DNA from: Pedosphaera sp.
Lineage (GTDB): Bacteria; Verrucomicrobiota; Verrucomicrobiia; Limisphaerales; SIBH01
NCBI GenBank assembly: GCA_031414955.1
Contig: JANOQV010000012.1
Coordinates: forward strand, 1-64,000
Length of the DNA: 64,000 nucleotides
Direction of reading: 5' to 3'
Shown: piece after piece, positions 7,491-18,239 of the stretch
Layout: each line of letters starts with the position of its first letter
How positions within the stretch are numbered: the first letter of the stretch is position 1
Made by a program: the position numbers and the translations under genes
Notes under the pieces: model-generated
Told to the model about the DNA's origin: nothing
Databases searched by the model: none
Seen by the model: only the letters and a program-made list of their open reading frames with translations

Positions 7491-10451
7491 TCATGGCTGA
7501 CTTGGGGGGAGGACCGAACGGAAACCAACGTAGTCGTACGTGTCCAACGGAGTGCGGGCGAAGCGGACCGCCGTCCGGCAAAAGCGCGCAGGGACGACCC
7601 AACTGCCACCTCGATACACACGGGCCCAGCCTGATGTGGGTCCAGTGGGTCCAGGTCCACGCGGGTCGCTTCCCGGCGAGGAACTATAATACCCGTCCGA
7701 ATACCAATCCCAGCACCACTCGAAAACGTTCCCCGCCACGTCGTATAGCCCGTAACCGTTCGGCACAAAATAACCTGTGGGACTGGCGTAGGGAGTCACC
7801 CCGTCGTTGAACGTCGGGTGGTAGCCGCGCGTGGGGCTGGTATCGTAGGCGTAGCTCGCGGAACTGTAATAGTTCGCCCGGCTGTGCGTGATGTTGTCCG
7901 TGTCGCTCCATGGGAACCTGTGCCCGCTGGCTCCGCCACGCGCCGCCTTCTCCCACTCCGCTTCCGTCGGCAAACGGTAGCCGCTGCTCCACTTCACCCA
8001 ACTGTTGTCCACGGTGAGTTGCCCACTGCGATACACCGTCGTTTGCGTCCCGCTCGTGAAATACGCCGGTGTCCGCCCCTCCTTCTCACTCCGCGCATTG
8101 CACCACTTCACTGTGTCATACCAATTGATGTAATGGACAGGATGGCTTGGCCCCTTGCTGTGGAGTGCTCCACCGTAATACGAACCGGGGTTGTCAAAAG
8201 TGTAGCCGTGGTTCGTAGCCCATTGATATACGTCATCCCACAACGCCTTGGCCACCTCTGTCCGGTCCATGTAAAAGGCCGAAACATAGACCGTGTGCAG
8301 TGGCAGCTCGCTGGAAAAACCTTCCCCGGCACTGAAACTGTTCCCCATTGTGAATGAGCCGGCGGGAATAAGCGCCATTCCGGAGGGAGAAGGCGGTTCT
8401 GTCTGGAGTGAAACTGTCGCCGGGTTACTGAGCACCCAGCCAACGTGGTTCCTGGCCATTACCGTGTAGCTGCCGATGGCACTGTTGCCTATCGTGAACG
8501 TCATTACCGGCTGCGTCTGGAAGGGAATGGCCTGGCCATTCTGGAACCACTGGTAGGTCGGCTTCGGGCTGCCGGTCGCGCTCGCTTCCAAAGTAACGGT
8601 GGAACCTGTCGCCGTCGCGACGGTGGCAGGGTGCCGGGTGAACACTGGTGCCGCGTCCGGTCCCTCCGGCCAGTGCCAGGTCTGGACGGTGCGCTTTGCC
8701 TGCAAGAGCGTCACGCTGGGCAGTTGGCCATCCGGCACGCCCACGATAGTTAGGCCGGCATTGATGGTCCACTTGTCGTAGAGCGTGATCTCGGCTTGCG
8801 GATCACCCGGGTTCGAGGTGGCTTCCAAAGCTGGTCCCCGCCGGTAATCAAGAGAAACGCTGGCGAGACCCTTCTCGAGCACCTTTGGAACGTAGCAAAG
8901 CACCACCGACAGCCGCGGCTTCAGGTAAAGGAAAGCCTCAGCCGAAACCTGAAATTCCATGTCCAGCGGCACAGGAACCACGCTGAAACTCGGCGGGCTG
9001 GAGGAGGGATCCCAGCCCAGGCCCGGCCGCCACGCCAACCGAAAGTCGCTGCTGGCGTACGCATCAAGCCCGGTCTCGAAGGACACCGCCGCCTCGGCTC
9101 TCGCCTCCACTCCAAAATCAACGGCCAGTTGTAGATCCAGCCACACGGGGACAACGCCGACGTAGGCCACGGCACGCACCAGGGTCACCGGCTGGCCGAT
9201 GGTCCTGGTCCAGTCCGGGAGATTAACTCCAACCAGGAACTCGAGTCTGGCCCTCATCTCTGCCGCGAGTTGGCTGGTCACAGAAGCATCGAGAGCCACC
9301 ACCTGCCAGTCCTTGATCCGGCAGGAAACCTCCAGCTTTCCTTGCAGGTTGATGGACAGAATTCCGGGAGTGATGCGCAAGTCCTCGTCTCCATCATCGT
9401 CCACATCAAACTCCAGCGGCAGCACCGTAAACTCGCTGACACGGGAGAACGGACGCGCGTAGCTTAGATCCGCCGTCCAGTTCTGAGCCGCGCCCAAGTC
9501 CGAGACGTCCACGAAGCCTTCCGAGGAAAATGTTCCGTCCTGCACCAATGCGGTGAGCAGGACGTTGGTGGTGTAGGTCGTAACGGTGTGACTGTTCGTG
9601 TCGTTCGTCAGGCTCGTGATCTGCCGGTAGAAGAAACGCGCCGGGTCGTGGCTGACCAGGATGCCATCGGTGTAGAGGCCGTGATTGGTGCCGGTGTAGC
9701 TGAAGACGATGAGGTTGGTCTCAAAGGAGATGATGGACAGCCCCTCGGCAAAACTGGCTCCGTGCTCCTTCGCCGCCCTGGCCAGCGCCGCGTTCTTGAG
9801 CGTCGCCGGAGGCGGCAGGTGGATGAGCACATTGGTCACCACGGGCTGGACTTCCAGCGTGAAAGTCCACGCCGAAGTGGTGGTGTTTCCCAGGACGTCG
9901 GCACACACGAAGCTCACGGCGGAGGTGGAGCCGTAATCGCCCCACGCGTTCGTGCCGGGGACGTATTGGAAGGAGTTCGAGGTGGCAGTGACGCCAGGAC
10001 TGCCGTTGCTCAGAGTGAGGGCATTGAACGTGAGGGCGAAGCGGCTGGGGTCCACGCCTGTCTCGTCATTGAGCGAGAGCGAGAGCGTGGCGAAACGGCC
10101 AACCCCAATGCCATTGGTGGCGGGGTAGCGCGAGGTGATTGCCGGCCCCAGGATGTCACGCTGGGCGACTCGAAAAAACTGCATCCGATTGGTCGAGGAG
10201 TGCTGAAAGGCACCGATGAGGTTCGTCGGCACGATGGGGGCGTTCGTCGCGAGCAGCCATGCGCCACCCGTGAGGTTGGTCGTCGTGAGAACATCATATT
10301 GGCGATCTCCATCCGCCGGCCACTTGAGATCGGCGCGGGTCTGTCCGTTGGTTTTGCGAACTTCGATCGCCACGGGCACGCCGAGAGGGGAAGCGGCGCG
10401 GACGCTCAGGCACGCAAGGAGGAGAAGAAGCAGGATTAGAATTCTTTTCAT
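7491..10451 (-). CDS. Secreted multidomain protein with Ig domain and C-terminal FGE-sulfatase (SUMF1/CLec-fold) domain
   Basis: Signal peptide MKRILILLLLLLACLSVRA; Ig YQWFQNG; FGE motifs GSFTMG, YRLPTEAEWEKAARGG, GLYDVAGNVFEW, RGGSW, GFRSV. Confidence 0.9.
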   Translation of the reverse strand: MKRILILLLLLLACLSVRAASPLGVPVAIEVRKTNGQTRADLKWPADGDRQYDVLTTTNLTGGAWLLATNAPIVPTNLIGAFQHSSTNRMQFFRVAQRDILGPAITSRYPATNGIGVGRFATLSLSLNDETGVDPSRFALTFNALTLSNGSPGVTATSNSFQYVPGTNAWGDYGSTSAVSFVCADVLGNTTTSAWTFTLEVQPVVTNVLIHLPPPATLKNAALARAAKEHGASFAEGLSIISFETNLIVFSYTGTNHGLYTDGILVSHDPARFFYRQITSLTNDTNSHTVTTYTTNVLLTALVQDGTFSSEGFVDVSDLGAAQNWTADLSYARPFSRVSEFTVLPLEFDVDDDGDEDLRITPGILSINLQGKLEVSCRIKDWQVVALDASVTSQLAAEMRARLEFLVGVNLPDWTRTIGQPVTLVRAVAYVGVVPVWLDLQLAVDFGVEARAEAAVSFETGLDAYASSDFRLAWRPGLGWDPSSSPPSFSVVPVPLDMEFQVSAEAFLYLKPRLSVVLCYVPKVLEKGLASVSLDYRRGPALEATSNPGDPQAEITLYDKWTINAGLTIVGVPDGQLPSVTLLQAKRTVQTWHWPEGPDAAPVFTRHPATVATATGSTVTLEASATGSPKPTYQWFQNGQAIPFQTQPVMTFTIGNSAIGSYTVMARNHVGWVLSNPATVSLQTEPPSPSGMALIPAGSFTMGNSFSAGEGFSSELPLHTVYVSAFYMDRTEVAKALWDDVYQWATNHGYTFDNPGSYYGGALHSKGPSHPVHYINWYDTVKWCNARSEKEGRTPAYFTSGTQTTVYRSGQLTVDNSWVKWSSGYRLPTEAEWEKAARGGASGHRFPWSDTDNITHSRANYYSSASYAYDTSPTRGYHPTFNDGVTPYASPTGYFVPNGYGLYDVAGNVFEWCWDWYSDGYYSSSPGSDPRGPGPTGPTSGWARVYRGGSWVVPARFCRTAVRFARTPLDTYDYVGFRSVLPPSQP

Positions 10452-10580
10452 AGGATGCCGAGTGCATCGCAGGTTGGCACTTCAGGCAGGAATCGCAATG
10501 GCGAAAATGCGCCGGAAAACATCTCGGAAAGCGGCGTGGATGGCCCAGCGCTTGAATCTTTTCGACCGCTGGAAGCGATT

Positions 10581-10710
10581 CTCCCTCTCCCCTCAACGGG
10601 GAGAGGGCCGGGGTGAGGGGTGGGAATGTGGTGAGAATCCCGACACGGCCGAGCTCGTGAGACGCACCACCCCTCACCCTCAATCCCTCTCCCCGTTGAG
10701 GGGAGAGGGA
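10581..10710. repeat. REP-like palindromic element (CCCTCACCCCGGCCCTCTCCC family)
   Basis: Two inverted hairpin units; near-identical element at 59130-59262 and half copy at 58208-58241. Confidence 0.8.
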
Positions 10711-10733
10711 AGCTTGCTGGGGACGCGCGATGG

Positions 10734-12617
10734 CTACTCGGCCGGGTAAATCCCCTGCCGCGCGGCCATGCGGGCGAAGATGCCCTTGGCGCGCACCAGG
10801 TCGTCGAACTTGCCCTGCTCCACGATGCGGCCCTTGGCGAGGACGATGATCAAATCCATGGAGGCCAGGGTGCTGAGGCGGTGGGCCACGGAGATCACGG
10901 TGCGGTTTTGCTCCAGGCTGTCGATTTGATTCTGCACTTCCTGTTCGGTTTGAGAATCAAGCGATCCCGTGGCTTCATCGAGCACGAGGATGGGGGCGTT
11001 GCGCACGAAGGCCCGGGCGATGGCCAGCCGGGCTCTCTGGCCGCCAGAGAGCGTCATGCCGCGCTCCCCGATCACGCTCTCGTAACCAAGGGGCAGGTTC
11101 ATGATGAACTCGTGGGCCCGCGCGGAGTGCGCAGCGGCTTCAATTTCCGGGCGGGTCGCGCCGATGCGGCCGGCGGCGATGTTCTCGGCCGCCGTGGTGC
11201 GGAAGACGAATACATCCTGGCTGACCAGGGCCATGGGGCGGCGCAAGTCCTCGTAAGAAAGTTCGCGCACGTCGATGCCGTCGATCTTGATCGAGCCGCC
11301 GGTGACGTCGTAGAAGCGGAAAAGCAGATTGACCAGGGTGCTTTTGCCGGAGCCGCTTTCGCCGGCGATGCCGACCTTCGTGCCGCGCGGGATGCGCAGG
11401 CTGACCTCGTGCAGCACGAGTTCGTGGCCGTAGCTGAAGCTGACCTTGTCGAAGACGATGTCGCGCTCGAAGTTCTTGAGCGGCTTCGGGTTCGCCGGTT
11501 CCACGACGGTCGGCTTTTCCTGAAGTATTTCCACGATGCGCTCCACGCCGATGCTGGCTTGCTCGAAGAGGATGTGAACGGCGGCAATCTTCTTGACGGG
11601 GACGAAGAAGAAGATGACGCCGCTGACGAAAGCCACGAGATCGCCGAGCGACTGGCCGCGCCAGAACAGGTAAACGACCAACCCCCCCACCGCCGCTGAC
11701 GAAACCACTTCCAGGATGGGATTCACCATTTCCTTGGCCTGCACGCCCTTCATGCTGTGGTGGATAAGTTGCTTGGAAAAGTCGCGGAAGCGCTGGATCT
11801 GGCGGGCTTCAAGATTGAAGGCCTTGAGCACGCGAATGCCGTGGAGGGCCTCGCCGAGCAGCGAATTCTGGCCCACGTTGGCCTTCCGGCCCTCGCGGCT
11901 GGCGCGGCGGGCCTTCTTGCCGAGAATGAACAGGGGCAGAATCACCGCCGGCACCAGGACAAAGGCAAAGAGCGTCAACTGCCAGTCGAGCCAGAGCAGG
12001 ACCGCGAACACGGTGATCATGGTGACCGATTCTTTGATCAGATCCGCCGAGCCTTGGCGCATGGCCCGGTGGAGGTTGGCGGTATCGGCGCTGAGGCGGG
12101 TAAACATGTCGCCGGTGGTGGTGCGGTTGAAGTAATCAAGCGAGAGCGAGGTCAGCTTGATGAGAATGTCGCAACGCAAGTCGTTGACCACGCGCTCGCT
12201 CACCCAGCCCGTGCAGTAGCTGCTCGCGTAATCAGTGGAGCCGCGGATGAGCGCCAGCAGGGGCAGAAGCAACAAACCACCCACCAAATGCTTCCAATGA
12301 AACGTGACTCCGGCGCGGGGCAGCCAGGGATCAATGGTGTCGGCGACGTTTTTCTTTGCCGCATCGATCTGTTTCTGGAGCTCGGGGAATTTGATGATCT
12401 TGGGCGGGCTCGCCTTGAGCTTGCGGGCCTCGGCGGCGCGGTTTTCTTCCACCGTTTTGAGCGGCTCCAGCCGATCCACCAGAGTGCGGGTGGCCCAGAT
12501 GAAGCTGCTCGCGGTCAGGCCGCAGATGCAGCCGAGCACAATACCTGCGACCATGCGTTTCCAGTACGGACGCATGTACTTCCAGGCGAAGAGCATGACG
12601 GTTTTGATATTTCCCAC
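10734..12617 (-). CDS. ABC transporter fused permease/ATPase, MsbA-like exporter
   Basis: TM domain plus Walker A GESGSGKST, LSGGQ signature, ILVLDEAT, AHRLST. Confidence 0.88.
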   Translation of the reverse strand: MGNIKTVMLFAWKYMRPYWKRMVAGIVLGCICGLTASSFIWATRTLVDRLEPLKTVEENRAAEARKLKASPPKIIKFPELQKQIDAAKKNVADTIDPWLPRAGVTFHWKHLVGGLLLLPLLALIRGSTDYASSYCTGWVSERVVNDLRCDILIKLTSLSLDYFNRTTTGDMFTRLSADTANLHRAMRQGSADLIKESVTMITVFAVLLWLDWQLTLFAFVLVPAVILPLFILGKKARRASREGRKANVGQNSLLGEALHGIRVLKAFNLEARQIQRFRDFSKQLIHHSMKGVQAKEMVNPILEVVSSAAVGGLVVYLFWRGQSLGDLVAFVSGVIFFFVPVKKIAAVHILFEQASIGVERIVEILQEKPTVVEPANPKPLKNFERDIVFDKVSFSYGHELVLHEVSLRIPRGTKVGIAGESGSGKSTLVNLLFRFYDVTGGSIKIDGIDVRELSYEDLRRPMALVSQDVFVFRTTAAENIAAGRIGATRPEIEAAAHSARAHEFIMNLPLGYESVIGERGMTLSGGQRARLAIARAFVRNAPILVLDEATGSLDSQTEQEVQNQIDSLEQNRTVISVAHRLSTLASMDLIIVLAKGRIVEQGKFDDLVRAKGIFARMAARQGIYPAE

Positions 12618-12904
12618 GGCGCGCTCATTAGCCGAGTCTGTGCCGGATGAGTCAACGGGAAAGGTGTTCGGGGTGAAATCTCAGGCTTCGATCCTCCCGG
12701 TTCAAAGTGCCGCCGGGAGCGCGGGAGGACCGGTGTTTCAAGCCCGGTGCTTGCTCTCGGTGGCGCACCAGCCCTGGTGCTTCCCGCCACCGGGTGGTGC
12801 CTTCATGTATTTCCCTGGAACCGCGCATTGACGAATGCGGCGCAGTGCTCTAACTACGACCCGTCGCAAACCTGAACTGATCAATTCCAACTAAAGAAAA
12901 ATTT

Positions 12905-13993
<1,089 letters not shown>

Positions 13994-14059
13994 TTTTGAC
14001 CCGTGATCGGAGGGGCGAGGTTGAATGAAATCGACCTCGCCCCGTCCATTTTTCCCAGA

Positions 14060-15778
14060 ATGCAATTTGCCGAACTTCGCACGATTATTGTGGTGTCAGC
14101 CTTGGCCGCGACGAGCGCCCTCGCCCAACAGACCCTGTCGCCGGCCACCGGGTCGGCCACCTCCAAGACGCCCATCCCTTCCGGCGAGCAGACCGATGGC
14201 CCTTGGCGCAAGGTGATTCTCGATGCCGACCAGCAGGTTGACGGCGTGTGGCAGGACACGGTCAAAGATCCGATGGAACTGGCGGTGGCGCCGGATGGCC
14301 GGGTCTTTTACGCCGAGCGCGCCGGGGTGATCAAAATGTGGAAGCCGGACACGAAGGCCACGGTCATCGTCGCAAACATCCAAGTGTTTAGCGGACTGGA
14401 GGATGGGATGCTGGGCCTGACGCTCGATCTTGGTTTTTCCACGAACCACTGGATTTACCTTAACCACTCCCGGCCCGAGACCAAGAAGGACAAGGCGGGC
14501 AAGAAAGCGGGCGTCATCCGTGTCTCGCGCTACACGCTTGTGGACGAACAACTCGATCTCGCCTCGGAGAAGGCGCTGCTCGACATCCCCACCCAGCGCG
14601 AGGAGTGCTGCCATGTGGGCGGTTCACTGGCCTTCGACAAGGACGGTAATCTCTACGTTGCCATTGGCGACAACACGAACCCCTTCGACTCGGATGGTTA
14701 TTCGCCCCACGACGAGCGGCCTGGGCGCTTCCCTTGGGACGCGCAGAAATCATCCGCGAACATGAACGACCTGCGCGGCGGTATCAGCCGCGTTCATCCC
14801 GAACCGGACGGCACCTATACCATTCCCAAGGGGAACCTGTTTCCGCCCGGCACGGAGGGCACACGCCCGGAGGTTTATGTGAAAGGCACGCGCAACGGCT
14901 TCCGCATCTCGGTCGATCCGCGCAATGGAATTTTGTATTGGGGCGACGTGGGTCCGGACGCAGGTAACTTCAATCCGAAATTCGGTCCGGGCGGTTTCGA
15001 CGCAGTGATGCAGGCGAAAAAGCCGGGCTTCTTCGGCTGGCCCTATTCCCGCGGGGACAACAAGCCGTATGCGAAGATCGATTTCGCGGCCCGTGCTCAA
15101 TACGCCAAGGACAAAGGCGAATACGACAAGGCGAAGACCACTTACGACAAGTTAAAAACCACCTATCAATCCGTCCTGGCGGCCAACGAAAAAGCGGCGA
15201 AGGAAGCGCAGGACAAGGGCGAACCAGCGCCAGTGCTGCCAGTACCGCTACCGCCGCCCCTCTTCAATCTCAAGCCGCCGGTTTCATATCTGGCAGGCGA
15301 GACGATGATGTTCGATCCGGCGCATCCGGTGAACAATTCAACGAACAACACGGGCCTCAAAGAACTGCCGCCGACGCAGCCGGCTTTCATCTGGTATCCC
15401 GGTGGCCCTTCGGCCCGCTTCCCGGCGGTGAATGGCGGCGGCGGGCGCACGGCCATGGCGGGTCCGGTCTATTACTTTGATGCCGAAAACAAGTCGCCGA
15501 ACAAGCTGCCCAAGGCTTTCGACCACACGCTGTTCATCTACGAATGGTCGCGCAACTGGATCATCGCCGTGCATCTCGACGCCAACGACAACATCGCAAA
15601 GAAACCTGACGGCTCGTTCTGGATGGAGCGCATCGGAAAGAACATGACCTTCAAACGCCCGATGGACATGGAACTGGGACCGGACGGCTGCCTCTACCTC
15701 ATCGAAACTGGCACCGCGTGGGAGAAGAACAAAGACACCCAGATCGTCCGGCTCGAATACACCGGGCCGCAGGAGTGA
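14060..15778 (+). CDS. Secreted PQQ-dependent sugar (glucose/sorbosone) dehydrogenase family protein
   Basis: Signal peptide; EDGMLGL, CCHVGGSLAFD, GNLF, GTRNGFR, DVGPD, GPDG propeller motifs. Confidence 0.85.
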   Translation: MQFAELRTIIVVSALAATSALAQQTLSPATGSATSKTPIPSGEQTDGPWRKVILDADQQVDGVWQDTVKDPMELAVAPDGRVFYAERAGVIKMWKPDTKATVIVANIQVFSGLEDGMLGLTLDLGFSTNHWIYLNHSRPETKKDKAGKKAGVIRVSRYTLVDEQLDLASEKALLDIPTQREECCHVGGSLAFDKDGNLYVAIGDNTNPFDSDGYSPHDERPGRFPWDAQKSSANMNDLRGGISRVHPEPDGTYTIPKGNLFPPGTEGTRPEVYVKGTRNGFRISVDPRNGILYWGDVGPDAGNFNPKFGPGGFDAVMQAKKPGFFGWPYSRGDNKPYAKIDFAARAQYAKDKGEYDKAKTTYDKLKTTYQSVLAANEKAAKEAQDKGEPAPVLPVPLPPPLFNLKPPVSYLAGETMMFDPAHPVNNSTNNTGLKELPPTQPAFIWYPGGPSARFPAVNGGGGRTAMAGPVYYFDAENKSPNKLPKAFDHTLFIYEWSRNWIIAVHLDANDNIAKKPDGSFWMERIGKNMTFKRPMDMELGPDGCLYLIETGTAWEKNKDTQIVRLEYTGPQE

Positions 15779-15921
15779 GTCGCGAACCTCTTGTCCGCAT
15801 GGTCAATTTTCAGGGTTGAGACCGGGCGGGGCCGTGACTTTCAGCCCTCGGCCGGGAGGATTTCCGCGACTGCGGCGAAGCTTCGGCCCAGGCCGGAAGC
15901 CCCAAAGCGTGGACGTTAAAA

Positions 15922-16272
15922 TGGTGGAGGCGCCGGGAGTTGAACCCGGGTCCCAAGGAGAAGAACCAGCCGCGACTACATGCTTAGTCCGGGGAGATTT
16001 GTCGGCTGTGGGATAGCGCCCGAACCCGAGACCCACTGCTTAGCCAGCATGAAGTGTTTCAGAGCAAACCCGCGCTGTCCCCGGGCTGCTTCCTAACCTG
16101 CTGCAGCGTTCATCACCTGAGCAGGTGTGCGATGAGAACGTCGTGGCCTTAAGCCGCGAGAGCCAATTCTTCGTTAGCTTTTATGTTTTGGTTCGATGTT
16201 TAACGAGGCCAACGAACCGTCCTCGGCATGCCGCCTCTGGCGCATCTTCATGGTCGAAACCAGTACGCCCCC
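15922..16272 (-). ncRNA. ssrA: tmRNA (tag peptide ANEELALAA)
   Basis: 5' GGGGGCGTACTGGTTTCGAC; 3' GACCCGGGTTCAACTCCCGGCGCCTCCACCA; tag ORF GCT AAC GAA GAA TTG GCT CTC GCG GCT TAA. Confidence 0.97.
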
Positions 16273-16331
16273 AACCAAGCGGAACGCGCGGACTATCGTG
16301 TCCGTGACCGGGCGGGTCAAGGTTTCACAAC

Positions 16332-17462
16332 TCAGCGCACCCGCCACATCAGGCCCAGGCCGGTCGTCGCGAAGAGCGCGTTGGGCAACCACGCGGCCAG
16401 CCACGGCGGCATGAATCCACCGCTGCCCAGCGCCAGCGCCAGGTCTTTTAGAATCAGGAACGCGAAGCAGATGAACACGCTGGACGCCACCCCCACGAAG
16501 ACATTGCGCCGCCCCGGAATGGCTCCGAACGGCACGGCGATCAGCACCACTACCAGGCAAATCCAGGGCGCGGCCAGCCGGCTGTGCAGGATGGTGCGCA
16601 GCACATAGGAACGCTTCCGCTCCAGCTTCGGATGCAGCTTCAGGTAATCCAAAATCTCGGCCGAGGAGAGCTGCGTGCGCCGCAACGAGCTCATGTTCCC
16701 GCCCACGCCGCTGATTTTGATCTCGCTGCGGATGATGCGGGGCGTCTCCGTGAGCTGCGGCACCACGAGCTGGTTCGTCTTCAACACCACGGGCAGCGCG
16801 CCTGGTTCCGGGCTGAAGATCAGTTGCTCCACGTTCGTGAACACCCAGCGCTTGTCGATCCATAACGCGCGTTCGGCCATCACCTGGAGCCGGCTGCCAT
16901 CTTCGATCCGCCAGTCGAACTGCGGGTTGATCATCACCCCGCCGCGCATGTGATATTTGCCGATGCGCCAGGTGCGGTTGGCGATCGGATTCACGAAGAA
17001 GACGTTGGGTCGCCAGATTTTCATCTCGGCCTTCCAGTTGTCGGCGGCGCGCTGGTAGAGGATGCGCTCGGCCGATTCCACGCCTTCCGGCACCAGCTTT
17101 TCGTTTACGTAAAAGACCGCAAGGCTGAACCCAATGCCCACGCCGAAATACGGCAGGCAAATGCGCCACAACGGAATGGCCGCCGCGCGCATGGCGGTCA
17201 GTTCGTTATGCCGCGCGTGCGTCGTCAGCGCGTAAAGCAGCGCCAGCAACAGCGACATGGGCACCACGTAGCTGGCCACAAGGAACTCCGGCGTCTTGTG
17301 AATGTAATACTGAAGGATGTCCCGGCTGGTGAGGTGGTTCTTGTGGAAAGTCGAAAGCTGTTCAAACAAGTCGAACGTGATGAAAATGATGAGGAAACCG
17401 CCGAGGCAATACGCGAGCGGCAAGAGCAGTTCGCGCAAAATGTAACGGTCCAGCAATCGCAT
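16332..17462 (-). CDS. LptF/LptG family LPS export permease
   Basis: MRLLDRYILRE start, HNELTAMRAAAI, PWLAAWLPN; six TM segments. Confidence 0.9.
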   Translation of the reverse strand: MRLLDRYILRELLLPLAYCLGGFLIIFITFDLFEQLSTFHKNHLTSRDILQYYIHKTPEFLVASYVVPMSLLLALLYALTTHARHNELTAMRAAAIPLWRICLPYFGVGIGFSLAVFYVNEKLVPEGVESAERILYQRAADNWKAEMKIWRPNVFFVNPIANRTWRIGKYHMRGGVMINPQFDWRIEDGSRLQVMAERALWIDKRWVFTNVEQLIFSPEPGALPVVLKTNQLVVPQLTETPRIIRSEIKISGVGGNMSSLRRTQLSSAEILDYLKLHPKLERKRSYVLRTILHSRLAAPWICLVVVLIAVPFGAIPGRRNVFVGVASSVFICFAFLILKDLALALGSGGFMPPWLAAWLPNALFATTGLGLMWRVR

Positions 17463-17624
17463 TCGAGCGCGCACGCTAGCGACGGCACGCGGCCAAGGCA
17501 AGTGGGGCGCGGGACAGTGAATCAGCGGGGCGGCCGGCGGTGGGGCGTCGCGGCCCGCGCCGAGGCACCGGCGCACCGCCTCTCTCCGCTTGCCACCCAC
17601 CCCTAACTCGCTAACCTCCGGGCC

Positions 17625-18017
17625 ATGAAACAAATGCTCACCACCCTGCTCGCGTTTGCGACTTTCGCCGCCCTTCCGGTGCTCGCTGCGGACGCCCCGA
17701 CCAAGGGGAAAATCGTTCACGTCGTCGCCTTCAAGTACAAAAAAGCCGTCCCCGAGGCCAAGCAGAAGGAAATTGCCGCCGCTCTCGTCGCGCTCAAGGG
17801 CAAGATTCCTCAAATCATTTCCGTGGAGCACGGTCAGAACGTGAGCAAGGAAGGCTTCGACAAGGGTTACAACGAGATGTTCGTGGTCACCTTCGCCAAC
17901 GCGAAGGATCGCGACATCTACCTGGAGCATCCCAAGCACAAGGAATTCGCCAAGCTTCTCGACGACCTCCTCGCCGACAAGGGCGTCTTCGTCTTCGACT
18001 TTGTGGTGAAGGAATAA
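17625..18017 (+). CDS. Dabb (stress-responsive A/B barrel) family protein with signal peptide
   Basis: IVHVVAFKYK, L..KIPQI, YLEHPKH, FVFDF. Confidence 0.85.
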   Translation: MKQMLTTLLAFATFAALPVLAADAPTKGKIVHVVAFKYKKAVPEAKQKEIAAALVALKGKIPQIISVEHGQNVSKEGFDKGYNEMFVVTFANAKDRDIYLEHPKHKEFAKLLDDLLADKGVFVFDFVVKE

Positions 18018-18239
18018 TCCCGCTGGGCGACGCTCGCCGCCTGAGGGGTGGCCGACTGGGCAGGGCCGAATCAGCCAAGCTCGGAGCAAGGTTCAGCCAC
18101 GGTCGCCTCGGGGTTGGAGGACTCGGTTGGACTCCACCCGTGCGCGCCGGGGCCAGCATCCGCACGGCGACGACCCCGGAGAGCACATTCCCCCTCTGGT
18201 TTCAGATCCGGAAAAGCAGCGGCGGGTGGCTCGACCGCC

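Noticed and set aside
7247..10451. Complete DGR locus
   Set aside because: No reverse transcriptase, avd or AAC-rich template repeat in the window; only target-like features are reported
12620..12904. LexA box upstream of recA
   Set aside because: TGTTC at about 12665 lacks the matching GAACA half-site; no convincing palindrome seen
15780..15921. Genomic island integrated at the tmRNA 3' end
   Set aside because: No integrase and no duplicate of the tmRNA 3' end seen in the window
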